Assembly (NCBI GenBank): GCA_945980035.1 | Contig: CAMFQG010000001.1 | Location: 1 to 48,636, forward strand | Reading direction: 5' to 3' | DNA: 48,636 nucleotides | Source of the DNA: an uncultured Clostridia bacterium | GTDB lineage: Bacteria > Bacillota > Clostridia > Oscillospirales > Acutalibacteraceae | In this document: positions 7,758-18,816 of the stretch, piece by piece | How positions within the stretch are numbered: the stretch's first letter is position 1 | Layout: each line of letters begins with the position of its first letter | Notes under the pieces: generated by a model | The model's input: only the letters and a program-made list of their open reading frames with translations | The model's database searches: none | Told to the model about the DNA's origin: nothing | Program-made: the position numbers and the translations under genes

Positions 7758-9053
7758 TTACCATTCCGATTCTACCGAAACCTGACAATTTCCTTTGTAA
7801 ACCGACTTATCGGAGAATCTGATTGAATATATAATATTCGCATCCCCCAGAGCTTTTGCAGTTACAACGCCATTCTTGGTAACTGTTGCTATCTGTGGAT
7901 TGTCCGACTTGTAGCTGATTGAATACTGAGAAGCCTTAAAGTGAGATCCTGTTATTTTATTGTTAATCAGGCAGTTTTTAATAGTATCTTCCATTTCAAG
8001 AGTCGTGTTGTCGGTTAGGTTCAGATATTCCACATACTCACCCTTTCCGAAAATACCGTCATCATACCAATAATAATTTTCTCTTGCCACATAATTCATC
8101 TTTGCCTTGCCTACGGTTACGTTGAATTTATCAACTAAGGTCTTTGTCTTGCCAATCTTTTCGTAAACACTGCAACTTGTTTTGCCCAAGCCGGTTGCAT
8201 ACAGCTCACCGGTGCTTAAAAAATCAACTATGCCTGTATCACTTGGCACAACGGAATACTTTGCCTTTGATTTTTTGTTGTTTAGTATATTCTCAATTTC
8301 AATATGGGATTTTGACATATAGGCAGTTGAGCCGTACTCGCTGTATTTCAGTGATGTGTTCTTATTAAGATCCCTGACTTGGGTTTTAAAATCACCTATT
8401 GCAACATTAAAACTTCCAACTTTTATTTTTCGGTTTGACAGATAAACGTCAATTTTCACGTTTCCTGTTGATTTACCCTTGGCAAGGTATTCAAAGTTAT
8501 TGCTTTTTCTCACTAAACCGTCATACTTGAATCCGCCGTTATAAAAAGGAGCATCTATTTTCAGCTTTGACTTGTCGGACATTTTGAATTTGTAGTAGTC
8601 GCAATATGGGTTTTCTATAATATAATTGTTAGTTGAGCCTTTGTTGATATTCCAATCGGTAAAACTCACCTGTTTCATAGGAGCAACTGTAACCTTATAT
8701 TTTTTGAACAGAATCTTTTTTCCGTTCTTAGTGTATTTAAGAGTTACCGTAACAGGTTTTGCTGATTTTTTATCGGCAATCATATCCACATAAAGCCTTT
8801 TTCCCGCCTTTAAAGAATCACCGTAAACTTCATTTTCGTTAAACAGCCCGGCCACAACGCTTTTGCTGTTAGACTTAACGGTGAATGTTAACCCTCTCAA
8901 CGAGCCGGGCACATTAACCTTAATAACCTTGTCACTGTATAGGTTGATATTCAGCCTCTGTGTTTCAGCCTTCGCAGACGTGCAAATGCTGAACAGAGAA
9001 ATCACAAATACAGCAACAAGACAAATTGATATACCTTTTTTCAAAACTTTCAT
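7758..9053 (-). CDS. Secreted protein with Ig-like (Big_2) domains
   Basis: GGGAGGTG RBS before ATG 9053; signal peptide; SYKSDNPQIATVTKNGVVTAKALG. Confidence 0.7.
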   Translation of the reverse strand: MKVLKKGISICLVAVFVISLFSICTSAKAETQRLNINLYSDKVIKVNVPGSLRGLTFTVKSNSKSVVAGLFNENEVYGDSLKAGKRLYVDMIADKKSAKPVTVTLKYTKNGKKILFKKYKVTVAPMKQVSFTDWNINKGSTNNYIIENPYCDYYKFKMSDKSKLKIDAPFYNGGFKYDGLVRKSNNFEYLAKGKSTGNVKIDVYLSNRKIKVGSFNVAIGDFKTQVRDLNKNTSLKYSEYGSTAYMSKSHIEIENILNNKKSKAKYSVVPSDTGIVDFLSTGELYATGLGKTSCSVYEKIGKTKTLVDKFNVTVGKAKMNYVARENYYWYDDGIFGKGEYVEYLNLTDNTTLEMEDTIKNCLINNKITGSHFKASQYSISYKSDNPQIATVTKNGVVTAKALGDANIIYSIRFSDKSVYKGNCQVSVESEW

Positions 9054-9113
9054 AATCAGCACCTCCCAATTATTTGGCTATATTATAACCTACCTATTAT
9101 AATTTTTCAACAA

Positions 9114-10061
9114 TTAGTTTACAACATTGGTTGGTTTATTGTTCAAATAATTCCTTATGTTCCCTGTAACGATACCCATAAGCCTTTCTCTTGTTTCCAT
9201 TGGAGCCCATGCAATATGAGGAGTGATAATGCAATTTTTAATACCGCACAAAGGACAATCCTGTGCCATTGGCTCTGTTTCAAGAACGTCAATTCCCGCA
9301 AAGGAGAGCTTACCGCTTTCAAGGGCATCTACCAAAGCATTTTCGTCCATTACTCCACCGCGAGCTGTATTGATAAAAATACTGCCGTCTTTCATTTTGC
9401 CGAAAGCCTTGCTGTCAAACATCTTTTCCGAGTCCTTGTTAAGGGGGCAGTGAACGGTAACAATATCGCTCTCTTTTAGAATTGTATCAAAATCCGTAAA
9501 GGTCACGCTGTTGTCCTCAACAGGTGTACGTTTGTATGCAAGAACTTTCATATCAAAAGCATTTGCAACCTTGGATACAGCCTTGCCGATACTTCCGTAG
9601 CCTACAATGCCTATAGTTTTTTGAGAGATTTCGCTGAGAGGAAAAGCAAAAGGCGAAAATGTCAGGCTGTTTTTCCAATTACCTTGGTGGACAAAATTGT
9701 TGTAATCGCCCACTCTGTTCAAAGCCTCAAGGATAAGTGCAAAGGTATGCTGACAAACTGCGTCGGTACTGTATGAGCCTGCGTTGCAAACGGTTATTCC
9801 CTTTGCTCTGCAATATTCCACATCAATATTGTTGTAGCCTGTGGCAAAAAGTCCGATATACTTTAGGTGTGTAGCAAGAGATAAGGTCTCGGGATTCAGG
9901 GGAGTTTTATTACAGATAACCATATCTGCGTCCTTGATTGTTTCTGCAATTTTATCATATGGAGTCAGCTCATTTACAACTACCTCTCCAAACTCCTTTA
10001 AGGGTTCAAGGGACAAATCCCCTTGTGTAACTGTCTTTGCATCTGTAAGAACGATTTTCAT
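9114..10061 (-). CDS. D-2-hydroxyacid (glycerate/hydroxypyruvate-type) dehydrogenase
   Basis: ATGYNNID, GIVGYGSIG, HCPL, INTARG, DVLETEP, ITPHIAWA motifs. Confidence 0.92.
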   Translation of the reverse strand: MKIVLTDAKTVTQGDLSLEPLKEFGEVVVNELTPYDKIAETIKDADMVICNKTPLNPETLSLATHLKYIGLFATGYNNIDVEYCRAKGITVCNAGSYSTDAVCQHTFALILEALNRVGDYNNFVHQGNWKNSLTFSPFAFPLSEISQKTIGIVGYGSIGKAVSKVANAFDMKVLAYKRTPVEDNSVTFTDFDTILKESDIVTVHCPLNKDSEKMFDSKAFGKMKDGSIFINTARGGVMDENALVDALESGKLSFAGIDVLETEPMAQDCPLCGIKNCIITPHIAWAPMETRERLMGIVTGNIRNYLNNKPTNVVN

Positions 10062-10160
10062 ATGCGTATCCTTTCAAATAAATTATGTTATATTTATATT
10101 TTACACTAAAACTTGCAAACCGTAAAGCAATAGTTTATAATATCCAAAGAAGGTGATAAA

Positions 10161-10886
10161 ATGATAAAAAATATTTTCTTTGACTTAGACGGTACTCTGC
10201 TTCCTATGGAGCAAGAAATCTTTATGAAGGCTTATTTTACAGAGCTTTGTAACAGGGTGTGTCCTGTTTTACATATTCAACCTGAAATTTTGATAAAGGG
10301 CGTGTGGAAAGGCACTGAGGCTATGGTGAAAAACGACGGCAGTCGCACAAACCTTCAGGTGTTCTGGGAATCCTGCGCAAAAATTTGCGGTAAGGATATA
10401 TTAACTCACGTTTCCGAGTTTGACGATTTCTACAACAAGGAATTTTTAGAGGTGCAAAAATCCTGCGGATATAACCCTATTGCCCCCGAAACCGTAAAGG
10501 TGCTGAAGCAAAAGGGATACCGCCTGTTTGCCGCAACAAACCCCCTGTTTCCTACAGTCGGCACACACAACAGACTAAAATGGGCAGGAGTGCTTCCGTC
10601 GGACTTTGAGATTATAACCACCTATGAAAACTCATCATATTGCAAGCCTAATCCAAAATACTATCAGGATATTATGGAAAAGGCGAATATTTTGCCTGAG
10701 GAAACTATGATGATAGGCAACGACGTTGACGAGGATATTATCCCTACACAAGGTCTGGGAATGAGCACATACCTTGTTACCGATTGCCTTATCAACAAAA
10801 GCGGAGCGGATTTATCGGACATTCAGCACGGCTCATTCAGAGAGCTGTTAAACTATGTTAGAATGTTGCCTGACGTTAAAAAATAG
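10161..10886 (+). CDS. HAD-superfamily hydrolase
   Basis: FDLDGTLL motif I, ATNP, KPNP, MIGND..ED motifs. Confidence 0.9.
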   Translation: MIKNIFFDLDGTLLPMEQEIFMKAYFTELCNRVCPVLHIQPEILIKGVWKGTEAMVKNDGSRTNLQVFWESCAKICGKDILTHVSEFDDFYNKEFLEVQKSCGYNPIAPETVKVLKQKGYRLFAATNPLFPTVGTHNRLKWAGVLPSDFEIITTYENSSYCKPNPKYYQDIMEKANILPEETMMIGNDVDEDIIPTQGLGMSTYLVTDCLINKSGADLSDIQHGSFRELLNYVRMLPDVKK

Positions 10887-10894
10887 GAGCAAAA

Positions 10895-11341
10895 ATGTTA
10901 AAGCTTGTTAAAAGATACGCTGTCTATGCTATTATAATAGCTATGATTTACTTTATAATGCCCTTCTTTTTTCAGGGCGAAAATCAAAAATTCGACGCTA
11001 TTGAGTATCAATTTGTGTTTCCTGCAACTGCGTTGATTTCCGGCCTTGTGTTTTCCTGGCGAAAGGGACTTGATTTTACTTTTCCCCTTATCGCCCCCAT
11101 AATTTACATGGCAAGCGCTATTGCACACTCTCACGAGTATCACCTTGTTATTTATGTTTTTATTTACCTTATACTCAGTATGCTGGGCTGTTTTATCGGC
11201 GATATGGTTTACAGAAACAATGGGCAGAGCGACAGCAAAAACAATGAAAATAACAATAATAAAAATGACACTGAATATAAAATTAAAATCAGCAACATTA
11301 CTGTGGAAAAAGAGGAAAAGCATAAGGATAACTCAGAGTAA
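10895..11341 (+). CDS. Small four-TM membrane protein with an Asn-rich tail
   Basis: AGGAG RBS; about four hydrophobic segments; co-oriented between the HAD and ADH genes. Confidence 0.7.
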   Translation: MLKLVKRYAVYAIIIAMIYFIMPFFFQGENQKFDAIEYQFVFPATALISGLVFSWRKGLDFTFPLIAPIIYMASAIAHSHEYHLVIYVFIYLILSMLGCFIGDMVYRNNGQSDSKNNENNNNKNDTEYKIKISNITVEKEEKHKDNSE

Positions 11342-11368
11342 ATTTTGTTGACACGAAAGGATATAGCT

Positions 11369-12541
11369 ATGAACAACTTTATTTACGATATACCTGTTAA
11401 GGTGTATTTCGGTGAAAATCAGCTTTGCCATTTAGGTGAGGAATTAAGCAAATACGGAAAACGTGTACTGATGACCTACGGCGGTGGCTCAATCAAAAAA
11501 ATCGGTCTGTATGATGAAGTTGTTGCAGAAATAAAGAAGGCAGGGCTTGAGCTTTTCGAGCTTTCGGGAATCGAGCCTAATCCTCGCATTGACTCTGTAA
11601 GAAAAGGTGCAGAAATCTGCAAGAATGAAAATATAGATGTACTCCTTGCCGTGGGTGGCGGCTCAACCTTGGACGCTACAAAATTTATGGCGGCAGGTGC
11701 TATGGTTGACCACGATCCTTGGGATTTTCTCAGCAGTAAATGGGCGCCTATTGAAAAAGCACTTCCCATAGTAACAATACTTACCCTGTCTGCAACCGGC
11801 TCGGAAATGGACTGTGGCGGTGTTATTACCAATCCGGAAACTAACGATAAAATCGGCAGAATGGAAAGACCTATGCTGCCAAAAGCGTCCTTCCTAAACC
11901 CTGCAAACACCTACACCGTAAGTCCTTACCAGACTGCCTGTGGTGCTGCGGATATGATGTCACACATAATCGAGGTATATTTCAACAAAGAAAACGACCT
12001 GTATATGCTGGATTGCTTTATGGAAGGTATGATGAAAACTATCATAAAGTACGCACCTATTGCTATGAAAGAGCCTGAAAATTATGAGGCGAGAGCCAAT
12101 CTTATGTGGGCGTCCTCCTGGGCAATTAACGGATTTGTAAACGGCGGCAAGGAACACTCCTGGAGTTGTCACCCTATGGAGCACGAGCTTTCTGCCTTTT
12201 ATGATATTACCCACGGACTTGGACTGGCGATTTTAACACCCCGTTGGCTTGAATACTGTCTTGACGACAGCACTGTTTCAAAGTATTATCAGTTCGGTGT
12301 AAATGTTTTCGGCATTGACGGAAGTCTTGATAAAATGGCGGTGGCAAAGAAAAGCATAGAGATGCTTTCCGACTTTTTCTTTAACAGTCTAAAACTGAAA
12401 AGCACCCTGTCTGCCATTGATATTGACGATACCCATTTTGAAACTATGGCAGAAAAAGCTGTGGAAATCGGTGGACTTAAATACGCATATAAGCCCCTTG
12501 ATAAAACAGACGTAAGAAATATCTATAAAATGTGCTTGTAA
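11369..12541 (+). CDS. Iron-containing alcohol dehydrogenase (butanol dehydrogenase BdhA/YqhD-like)
   Basis: GIEPNPR, AVGGGSTLD, TLSATGSE, HPMEHELSAFYDITHGLGL; AAGGA RBS before ATG 11369. Confidence 0.92.
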   Translation: MNNFIYDIPVKVYFGENQLCHLGEELSKYGKRVLMTYGGGSIKKIGLYDEVVAEIKKAGLELFELSGIEPNPRIDSVRKGAEICKNENIDVLLAVGGGSTLDATKFMAAGAMVDHDPWDFLSSKWAPIEKALPIVTILTLSATGSEMDCGGVITNPETNDKIGRMERPMLPKASFLNPANTYTVSPYQTACGAADMMSHIIEVYFNKENDLYMLDCFMEGMMKTIIKYAPIAMKEPENYEARANLMWASSWAINGFVNGGKEHSWSCHPMEHELSAFYDITHGLGLAILTPRWLEYCLDDSTVSKYYQFGVNVFGIDGSLDKMAVAKKSIEMLSDFFFNSLKLKSTLSAIDIDDTHFETMAEKAVEIGGLKYAYKPLDKTDVRNIYKMCL

Positions 12542-12567
12542 AAGCAGATAGATAACAGACAAAAACT

Positions 12568-12595
12568 AACAGCCCCTTGATTGGGGCTGTTTTCT
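12568..12595. terminator. Intrinsic terminator between the convergent ADH and glnS genes
   Basis: AACAGCCCC-ttgatt-GGGGCTGTT followed by a T run. Confidence 0.75.
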
Positions 12596-12667
12596 TATAT
12601 ACGTTAGTTTGAAATATAAATTATACAACGTCAACGATAATAGCATTTACCTCAACATCCAACATAA

Positions 12668-12736
12668 CGGTCGGGCATATAAGCCTATCTAACAGAACAA
12701 TCTGTCTGCTCGGAATGGATGCAACGTCAGCGTTGC
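12668..12736 (-). repeat. Dispersed repeat family A, partial copy overlapping the glnS stop codon
   Basis: Minus strand GCAACGcTGACGTTGCATCCATTCCGAGCAGA...GCCCGACCGT matches 6671-6738. Confidence 0.8.
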
Positions 12737-14424
12737 TTAAAGCTGTCCTTTAGGTTTACTGCACGGTTGAACACAAGGTTGTCCTTTGTGCTGTCCTTGC
12801 TGTCAACGCAGAAATAACCCTGACGCATAAACTGGAATCTGTCCTGTTTTTCAGCATCAGCAAGAGTTTTCTCAACCTTGCAGTCCTTTAACACAACAAG
12901 GGATTCGGGGTTGATATAATCAATAAAGTTTCTGTCTCCCACATCAGGATCAGGAACGGTAAACAAATTATCGTAAAGCCTTACCTCTGCGTTACAGCAG
13001 TCCTTGGCATTTACCCAGTGAATAGTACCTCTGACCTTTCTGCCGTCCGGTGTGTTTCCGCCCTTTGTTTCAGGGTCGTAGGTTGCATACACTTCTACTA
13101 CCTTGCCGTTTTCGTCCTTTTTACAGCCTGTGCATTTTACAACGTAGGCGCTCTTTATACGCACCTCGTTGCCCGGATACAGTCTTTGGTATTTCTTAAT
13201 TGGCTCTTCCATAAAGTCGGTGGACTCAATATAAAGCTCGTTGGAGAAAGTAACCTTGCGTGTACCCATTTCAGGGTAATTGGGGTGGTTTTCTACTTCA
13301 AATTCCTCAGTTTTATCCTCAGGATAATTTGTAATCACAAGCTTTATAGGGTCCAAAACTGCCATAGCACGTTTTGCGGTATTGTTTAAATCATCACGCA
13401 AACAATGCTCCAAAAATCCGTACTCAACTATTGAATTTACCTTTGCAACACCGATTTGGTCAGTAAAGCTGCGGATAGCCTCCGGAGTGTAGCCTCTGCG
13501 TCTCAGTCCGCAGATTGTAGGCATACGGGGATCATCCCAACCGCTTACATAGCCTTCCTCCACAAGCTGTCTCAGCTTACGCTTGCTCATAACAGTGTTG
13601 TTAATTCCAAGACGAGCAAACTCAATCTGACGTGGCTTTGAGGGTGCGGAAATATTATCTACCACCCAATCGTAAAGGGGGCGGTGAGCCTCAAATTCAA
13701 GTGTGCAAAGAGAATGAGTGATACCCTCTATGGCGTCCTCAATAGGATGAGCAAAATCGTACATAGGATAAATGCACCACTTGTCACCTGTGCGGTGGTG
13801 CTTTAGTCGGTTAATTCTGTAAATAACCGGATCACGCATATTGAAGTTGCCTGAGGCAAGGTCAATTTTCGCTCTTAATGTCATTGAGCCGTCAGGAAAT
13901 TCGCCGGCACGCATACGCTTAAACAGGTCAAGACTTTCCTCAACAGGTCTGTCACGGTACGGGCTTTGTGCAGGGGTCTGCAAATCTCCGCGATATTCAC
14001 GCATCTGCTCTGCGGAAAGCTCACAAACATAGGCTAAGCCTTTTTCGATAAGCTCTATTGCATACTGATACATCTGCTCAAAATAGTCGGAGGCATAGTA
14101 AAATCTGTCCTCCCAATCAAAGCCTAACCAAGCAATATCCTCTTTTATTGCGTCAACGTATTCAACGTCCTCTTTTGTAGGGTTTGTGTCGTCCATTCTC
14201 AGATTGCACAGACCGTTGTACTTTTGAGCTGTGCCGAAATCTACAAATATAGCCTTTGCATGTCCTATATGGAGGTAACCGTTTGGCTCGGGTGGAAAAC
14301 GGGTATGCACTCGCTGTCCGTAATATGCTCCGCCCTCTGCAATATCCTCGTCAATAAACTGGTGGATAAAGTTATTTGACATAACCTCATCATTTACGTT
14401 GTTGTTTTTGATTTCTTCTGCCAT
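12727..14424 (-). CDS. glnS: Glutamine--tRNA ligase
   Basis: [51 protein letters not shown] motifs. Confidence 0.96.
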   Translation of the reverse strand: MAEEIKNNNVNDEVMSNNFIHQFIDEDIAEGGAYYGQRVHTRFPPEPNGYLHIGHAKAIFVDFGTAQKYNGLCNLRMDDTNPTKEDVEYVDAIKEDIAWLGFDWEDRFYYASDYFEQMYQYAIELIEKGLAYVCELSAEQMREYRGDLQTPAQSPYRDRPVEESLDLFKRMRAGEFPDGSMTLRAKIDLASGNFNMRDPVIYRINRLKHHRTGDKWCIYPMYDFAHPIEDAIEGITHSLCTLEFEAHRPLYDWVVDNISAPSKPRQIEFARLGINNTVMSKRKLRQLVEEGYVSGWDDPRMPTICGLRRRGYTPEAIRSFTDQIGVAKVNSIVEYGFLEHCLRDDLNNTAKRAMAVLDPIKLVITNYPEDKTEEFEVENHPNYPEMGTRKVTFSNELYIESTDFMEEPIKKYQRLYPGNEVRIKSAYVVKCTGCKKDENGKVVEVYATYDPETKGGNTPDGRKVRGTIHWVNAKDCCNAEVRLYDNLFTVPDPDVGDRNFIDYINPESLVVLKDCKVEKTLADAEKQDRFQFMRQGYFCVDSKDSTKDNLVFNRAVNLKDSFKQR

Positions 14425-14454
14425 TAGAAAAGTCCTTTCGTGAGTTCTCTGTCC

Positions 14455-15909
14455 CTATCCTAATTTTTCAATACCCTTTTCAAGTCTTTTCAGAGATTCC
14501 TCTCTGCCTAAAATATCAAGTATTTCAACAGCTCCGCCGGGGGTAACGGTTTGTCCGGCTGCGGCAATTCTAACAGGCCACATAACTGTGCCGTTTTTCA
14601 GCTCTTTTTCAACTGCCATATTAATAAGGCAATCGTGAATACTTGTATTATCCCACACGCTTAATGCCTTTAATCTGTCATAAGCCTCCTTAAGCAAAGC
14701 GGGAGCATTTTCAAGATTAGTTTTGCTCTTTTTGTTTACAAACAAATCCTTTTCATATTCAGGAAGCTGAGCAAAGAAAGCTATCATCTGAGGAATCTCG
14801 GTGAATTTTGCGGTACGTTTTTGCAAAATGCCTGCAAATTTTGAGTAATCCATCTCTTTGTCGCCGAATACTTCCTTGTAATAAGGAGTTGCGTGGGCTG
14901 TAAATTCCTCAGCAGACATAGCCTTGATATACTCACCGTTAAACCATAAGAGTTTATCGTAATCAAACACTGACGGAGATTTTGAGATACCGTCAACGGA
15001 GAAATTCTCCTCAAGCTCTTTAAGTGTGAAAATTTCCTGATTATCCTTTGGACACCAGCCCAAAAGTGCAATATAGTTTATGATAACCTCAGGCAAATAA
15101 CCCTGAGCAATCAAGTCCTCAAAGCTTGTTGAGCCGTGACGTTTGCTGAGCTTTGAAACAGAGCCGTCCTCGTTTTTGCCCATAATCAAGGGAAGATGAA
15201 CATAAGTGGGAATTTCCCAACCGAAAGCCTCGTAAAGGAGATTATATTTCGGTGTTGAGCTCAGATACTCACTGCCACGTACAACGTGGGTAATTCCCAT
15301 AGTGTGGTCGTCAATTACGTTGGCAAAATTATAGGTGGGATAACCGTCGGTTTTTATAAGAATTTGGTCTTGAAGTTCGCTGTTGTCAACGGTGATTTCA
15401 CCGAAAACTGCGTCTTTAAATGTAGTTTTACCCTCAAGAGGCATTTTCTGACGGATAACATAAGGAGTACCCTCTGCCAAAAGTCTGTCCACCTCCTCCT
15501 GTGGCAAATCTCGACAATGTCTGTCGTATCCGCCAAACTCGGAATTTTCCTGCAGGCTGTCAAGACGTTCCTTAGTACAGAAACAACGGTATGCCTTGCC
15601 CTCTTTTATAAGCTGTTCTGCATAGGGAACATACATATTTTTACGTTCGCTCTGAACATACGGACCGTATTCGCCCCCAACGTCAGGACCTTCATCGTGC
15701 TTTAGTCCTGCCAATTTGAGAGTATCGTAGATAACATCTACTGCACCCTCAACGTAGCGTTCCTGGTCGGTATCTTCAATTCTCAGCACAAATGTGCCAC
15801 CCTGTGATTTTGCAATCAGGTATTCATACAAAGCAGTACGCAAATTTCCCACGTGCATAAAGCCTGTTGGACTTGGGGCATATCTTGTACGCACCTTTTT
15901 ATCTGACAT
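14455..15909 (-). CDS. gltX: Glutamate--tRNA ligase
   Basis: RYAPSPTGFMHVGN, LRIEDTD, THVVRGSE, KLSKRHG motifs. Start is either 15909 or 15918. Confidence 0.96.
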   Translation of the reverse strand: MSDKKVRTRYAPSPTGFMHVGNLRTALYEYLIAKSQGGTFVLRIEDTDQERYVEGAVDVIYDTLKLAGLKHDEGPDVGGEYGPYVQSERKNMYVPYAEQLIKEGKAYRCFCTKERLDSLQENSEFGGYDRHCRDLPQEEVDRLLAEGTPYVIRQKMPLEGKTTFKDAVFGEITVDNSELQDQILIKTDGYPTYNFANVIDDHTMGITHVVRGSEYLSSTPKYNLLYEAFGWEIPTYVHLPLIMGKNEDGSVSKLSKRHGSTSFEDLIAQGYLPEVIINYIALLGWCPKDNQEIFTLKELEENFSVDGISKSPSVFDYDKLLWFNGEYIKAMSAEEFTAHATPYYKEVFGDKEMDYSKFAGILQKRTAKFTEIPQMIAFFAQLPEYEKDLFVNKKSKTNLENAPALLKEAYDRLKALSVWDNTSIHDCLINMAVEKELKNGTVMWPVRIAAAGQTVTPGGAVEILDILGREESLKRLEKGIEKLG

Positions 15910-15939
15910 AATACTCACTCGCTTTTCAAATTTGTTAGA

Positions 15940-18786
15940 TTATTCATCTCTGCCACAGCATTTTTTATATTTCTTACCGCTTCCGCATGGACAAGGGTCA
16001 TTTCTGCCTACCTTTTTGCCCTTGCGGATAGTTTTGTTTGCAGTGTCTGTGCCGTCTCCGGAAGTAGCTGTTGGCTGTGCAACCTGCTTACGTTGCAGAG
16101 TCGGAGCAGTATCCTGCTCATCCTCATCATCCACAGAAGTCGCTGCCTTTTGAGCAGCAAGTCTTTTAGCCGCCGCAATAGCCTCTCTTCTGCGTTGCTG
16201 TTCGTAAATACGTTTTGGCTGTGTCAACACAAGCTTTGCTGTATCCTCACGAATTGATGCAATCATCTGGTCGAACATATCAAAGCCCTCCAGACGGTAC
16301 TCAACAACAGGATCGTGCTGACCGTAGGAACGGAGATGGATACCTGCTTTCAGCTGTTCCATATTGTCAATATGGTCCATCCAATAGGTATCTACACACT
16401 GTAGCATATATACTCGTTCCACTTCTCTAATAACCTCTTCGGGAAGCAGACGCTCGTTTTCTTCGTAAATAGCCATAGCGTCTTCCATAAGCTTGTTCTT
16501 GATTTCGTCCTGCTCAAGAACTTCTATTTCGTCATCTGTATAGCTGTACTTGCTTCTGTCGGTGACAATCCAATCCTTTAGAGTATCCAAAAGTCCTGTA
16601 ATATTCCAGTTATCGTGAATACCCTCAGGCATGAAACGGTTTACGCTTTCAGCGATAGTGTCCTCAATCATCTTCACAACTGTGTCGCGGAGATTTTCAC
16701 CGTCAAGCACCTGATCTCTCTGCTTGTAGATAATCTCACGTTGCTTGTTGAGAACGTCGTCATACTGCAACACGTCCTTACGAATACCGAAGTTACGCAT
16801 CTCAACCTTTTCCTGTGAGCTCTCAATGATATTTGACAGCATTTTATTTTCAATAGGCATATCCTCATCAACATTCATACGTGACAGCATAGCTTTCATT
16901 CTGTCACCGCCGAACAGACGCATCAAATCGTCCTCTGTTGACAGATAGAACTGGCTCTTACCCGGATCACCCTGACGTCCTGCACGACCTCTTAACTGGT
17001 TATCAATACGTCTTGAATCGTGACGCTCTGTACCCATAATAAACAGACCGCCGGCTTCTCTTACCTTGTCTGCCTCTTCCTTGATTTCTTCGCTGTACTT
17101 TTCGTTTAATTCCGCAAAGGTCTTTCTTGCGTTCAGGATTTCCTCGTCATCGGTTTCTGCAAAGCCTGTAGCCTCAACGATTAACTCCTCAGGGAAGCCC
17201 TGCTTACGCATTGACGCTTTTGCAAGGAATTCTGCGTTACCGCCAAGTGTAATATCGGTACCACGACCTGCCATATTTGTAGCGATAGTAACTGCTCCAA
17301 GCTTACCTGCCTGTGCAATAATTTCCGCTTCCTTATCGTGCTGTTTTGCGTTAAGCACGTTATGCTTAATACCGCGTTTCTTCAGCATCTTTGACAGCAG
17401 TTCGGATTTTTCAATGGAAATTGTACCTACAAGCACAGGCTGACCTTTTTCGTGAGCCTTTACAATCTGCTCAATTACAGCCATAAACTTGCCGTTTTCC
17501 GTTTTGAAAATTGAGTCAGGTAAATCCACACGTGCAAGTGGCTTGTTAGTAGGAATTTCTACAACATCAAGCTTGTAAATCTCCTGGAATTCAGTTGCCT
17601 CAGTCTGGGCAGTACCTGTCATACCGGAAAGCTTGCTGTAAAGTCTGAAGTAGTTTTGGAATGTAATTGTAGCAAGGGTTTTGCTTTCGTTCTGAACCTT
17701 TACGCCCTCTTTTGCCTCGATAGCCTGGTGCAAGCCCTCGTTGTATCTTCTGCCGTACATCAGACGGCCTGTAAATTCGTCAACTATAATGATTTCGCCG
17801 TCGTTTACAACATAGTCAACATCACGCTTCATAATACCGTTAGCACGGATAGCCTGATTTACGTGGTGCTGATAGCTTAGGTTTTCAGGGTCGGAAAGGT
17901 TTTCTAAATTAAAGAAAGCCTCTGCCTTTTTAACACCGCTCTGTGTCAAGGTAGCAGTTTTCTGCTTTTCATCTACAACATAATCTATGCCGTTTTCAAT
18001 ATAGTAATCTTCCATATCCTCTTTGGAGTTAAGCTCTGTAAAGCGCTGAACCTTTAGAGTTTTTGCAAATCTGTCAGCCTGAGTGTAAAGGTCTGTACTC
18101 TTGTCGCCCTTACCGCTGATAATCAAAGGAGTACGAGCCTCATCAATAAGGATTGAGTCAACCTCATCCACAATAGCAAAGGAATGTCCTCTTTGCACCT
18201 TGTTTTCCTTGTAAACTACCATATTATCTCTCAGGTAGTCAAAGCCTAACTCATTGTTTGTGCCGTAAGTAATGTCAGCATTATATGCTTCTTTTCTTTC
18301 GGCAGGCTCCATATCGTGAACAATAAGACCTACTGTCAGTCCTAAATAACGGTACAGCTTGCCCATCCATTCCGAGTCACGGCGTGCAAGGTAATCGTTG
18401 ACAGTAACAATGTGAACACCGTTGCCTGTAAGTCCGTTCAGGTAAGCAGGCAATGTAGCTACCAATGTTTTACCTTCACCTGTTTTCATCTCGGCAATAC
18501 GTCCCTGGTGCAGAACGATACCGCCGATAATCTGTACAGGAAAGTGCTTCATTCCCAGCACACGCATAGAGGCTTCTCTGCACACAGCAAAAGCATCGGG
18601 AAGAATATCGTCTGTAGTTTCGCCGTTTGCAAGTCTTGACTTCAGTATTGCAGTCTGTGACTTCAGCTCTGTTTCGCTCATTGCCTTGTATTTATCTTCT
18701 AATTCAAGTACCTTATCAGCGATAGGCTTTACTCTTTTAACCTCTCGCTTGCTGTAATTTCCAAATAATGCTTTTAATGGATTCAT
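15940..18786 (-). CDS. secA: Preprotein translocase ATPase SecA
   Basis: [39 protein letters not shown] motifs; C-terminal SEC-C motif [13 protein letters not shown]. Confidence 0.98.
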   Translation of the reverse strand: MNPLKALFGNYSKREVKRVKPIADKVLELEDKYKAMSETELKSQTAILKSRLANGETTDDILPDAFAVCREASMRVLGMKHFPVQIIGGIVLHQGRIAEMKTGEGKTLVATLPAYLNGLTGNGVHIVTVNDYLARRDSEWMGKLYRYLGLTVGLIVHDMEPAERKEAYNADITYGTNNELGFDYLRDNMVVYKENKVQRGHSFAIVDEVDSILIDEARTPLIISGKGDKSTDLYTQADRFAKTLKVQRFTELNSKEDMEDYYIENGIDYVVDEKQKTATLTQSGVKKAEAFFNLENLSDPENLSYQHHVNQAIRANGIMKRDVDYVVNDGEIIIVDEFTGRLMYGRRYNEGLHQAIEAKEGVKVQNESKTLATITFQNYFRLYSKLSGMTGTAQTEATEFQEIYKLDVVEIPTNKPLARVDLPDSIFKTENGKFMAVIEQIVKAHEKGQPVLVGTISIEKSELLSKMLKKRGIKHNVLNAKQHDKEAEIIAQAGKLGAVTIATNMAGRGTDITLGGNAEFLAKASMRKQGFPEELIVEATGFAETDDEEILNARKTFAELNEKYSEEIKEEADKVREAGGLFIMGTERHDSRRIDNQLRGRAGRQGDPGKSQFYLSTEDDLMRLFGGDRMKAMLSRMNVDEDMPIENKMLSNIIESSQEKVEMRNFGIRKDVLQYDDVLNKQREIIYKQRDQVLDGENLRDTVVKMIEDTIAESVNRFMPEGIHDNWNITGLLDTLKDWIVTDRSKYSYTDDEIEVLEQDEIKNKLMEDAMAIYEENERLLPEEVIREVERVYMLQCVDTYWMDHIDNMEQLKAGIHLRSYGQHDPVVEYRLEGFDMFDQMIASIREDTAKLVLTQPKRIYEQQRRREAIAAAKRLAAQKAATSVDDEDEQDTAPTLQRKQVAQPTATSGDGTDTANKTIRKGKKVGRNDPCPCGSGKKYKKCCGRDE

Positions 18787-18816
18787 AATATATTTTCCTT
18801 TCGGTTTCTTTTAAAG

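Noticed and set aside
11215-11270. AAT/AAC-rich run as a phase-variable repeat
   Set aside because: It is an imperfect, in-frame Asn-coding stretch near the C-terminus and would not switch expression.
12727-15918. Co-occurrence of glnS and gltX as a novelty
   Set aside because: GlnRS is common in Clostridia, so the pairing is ordinary.
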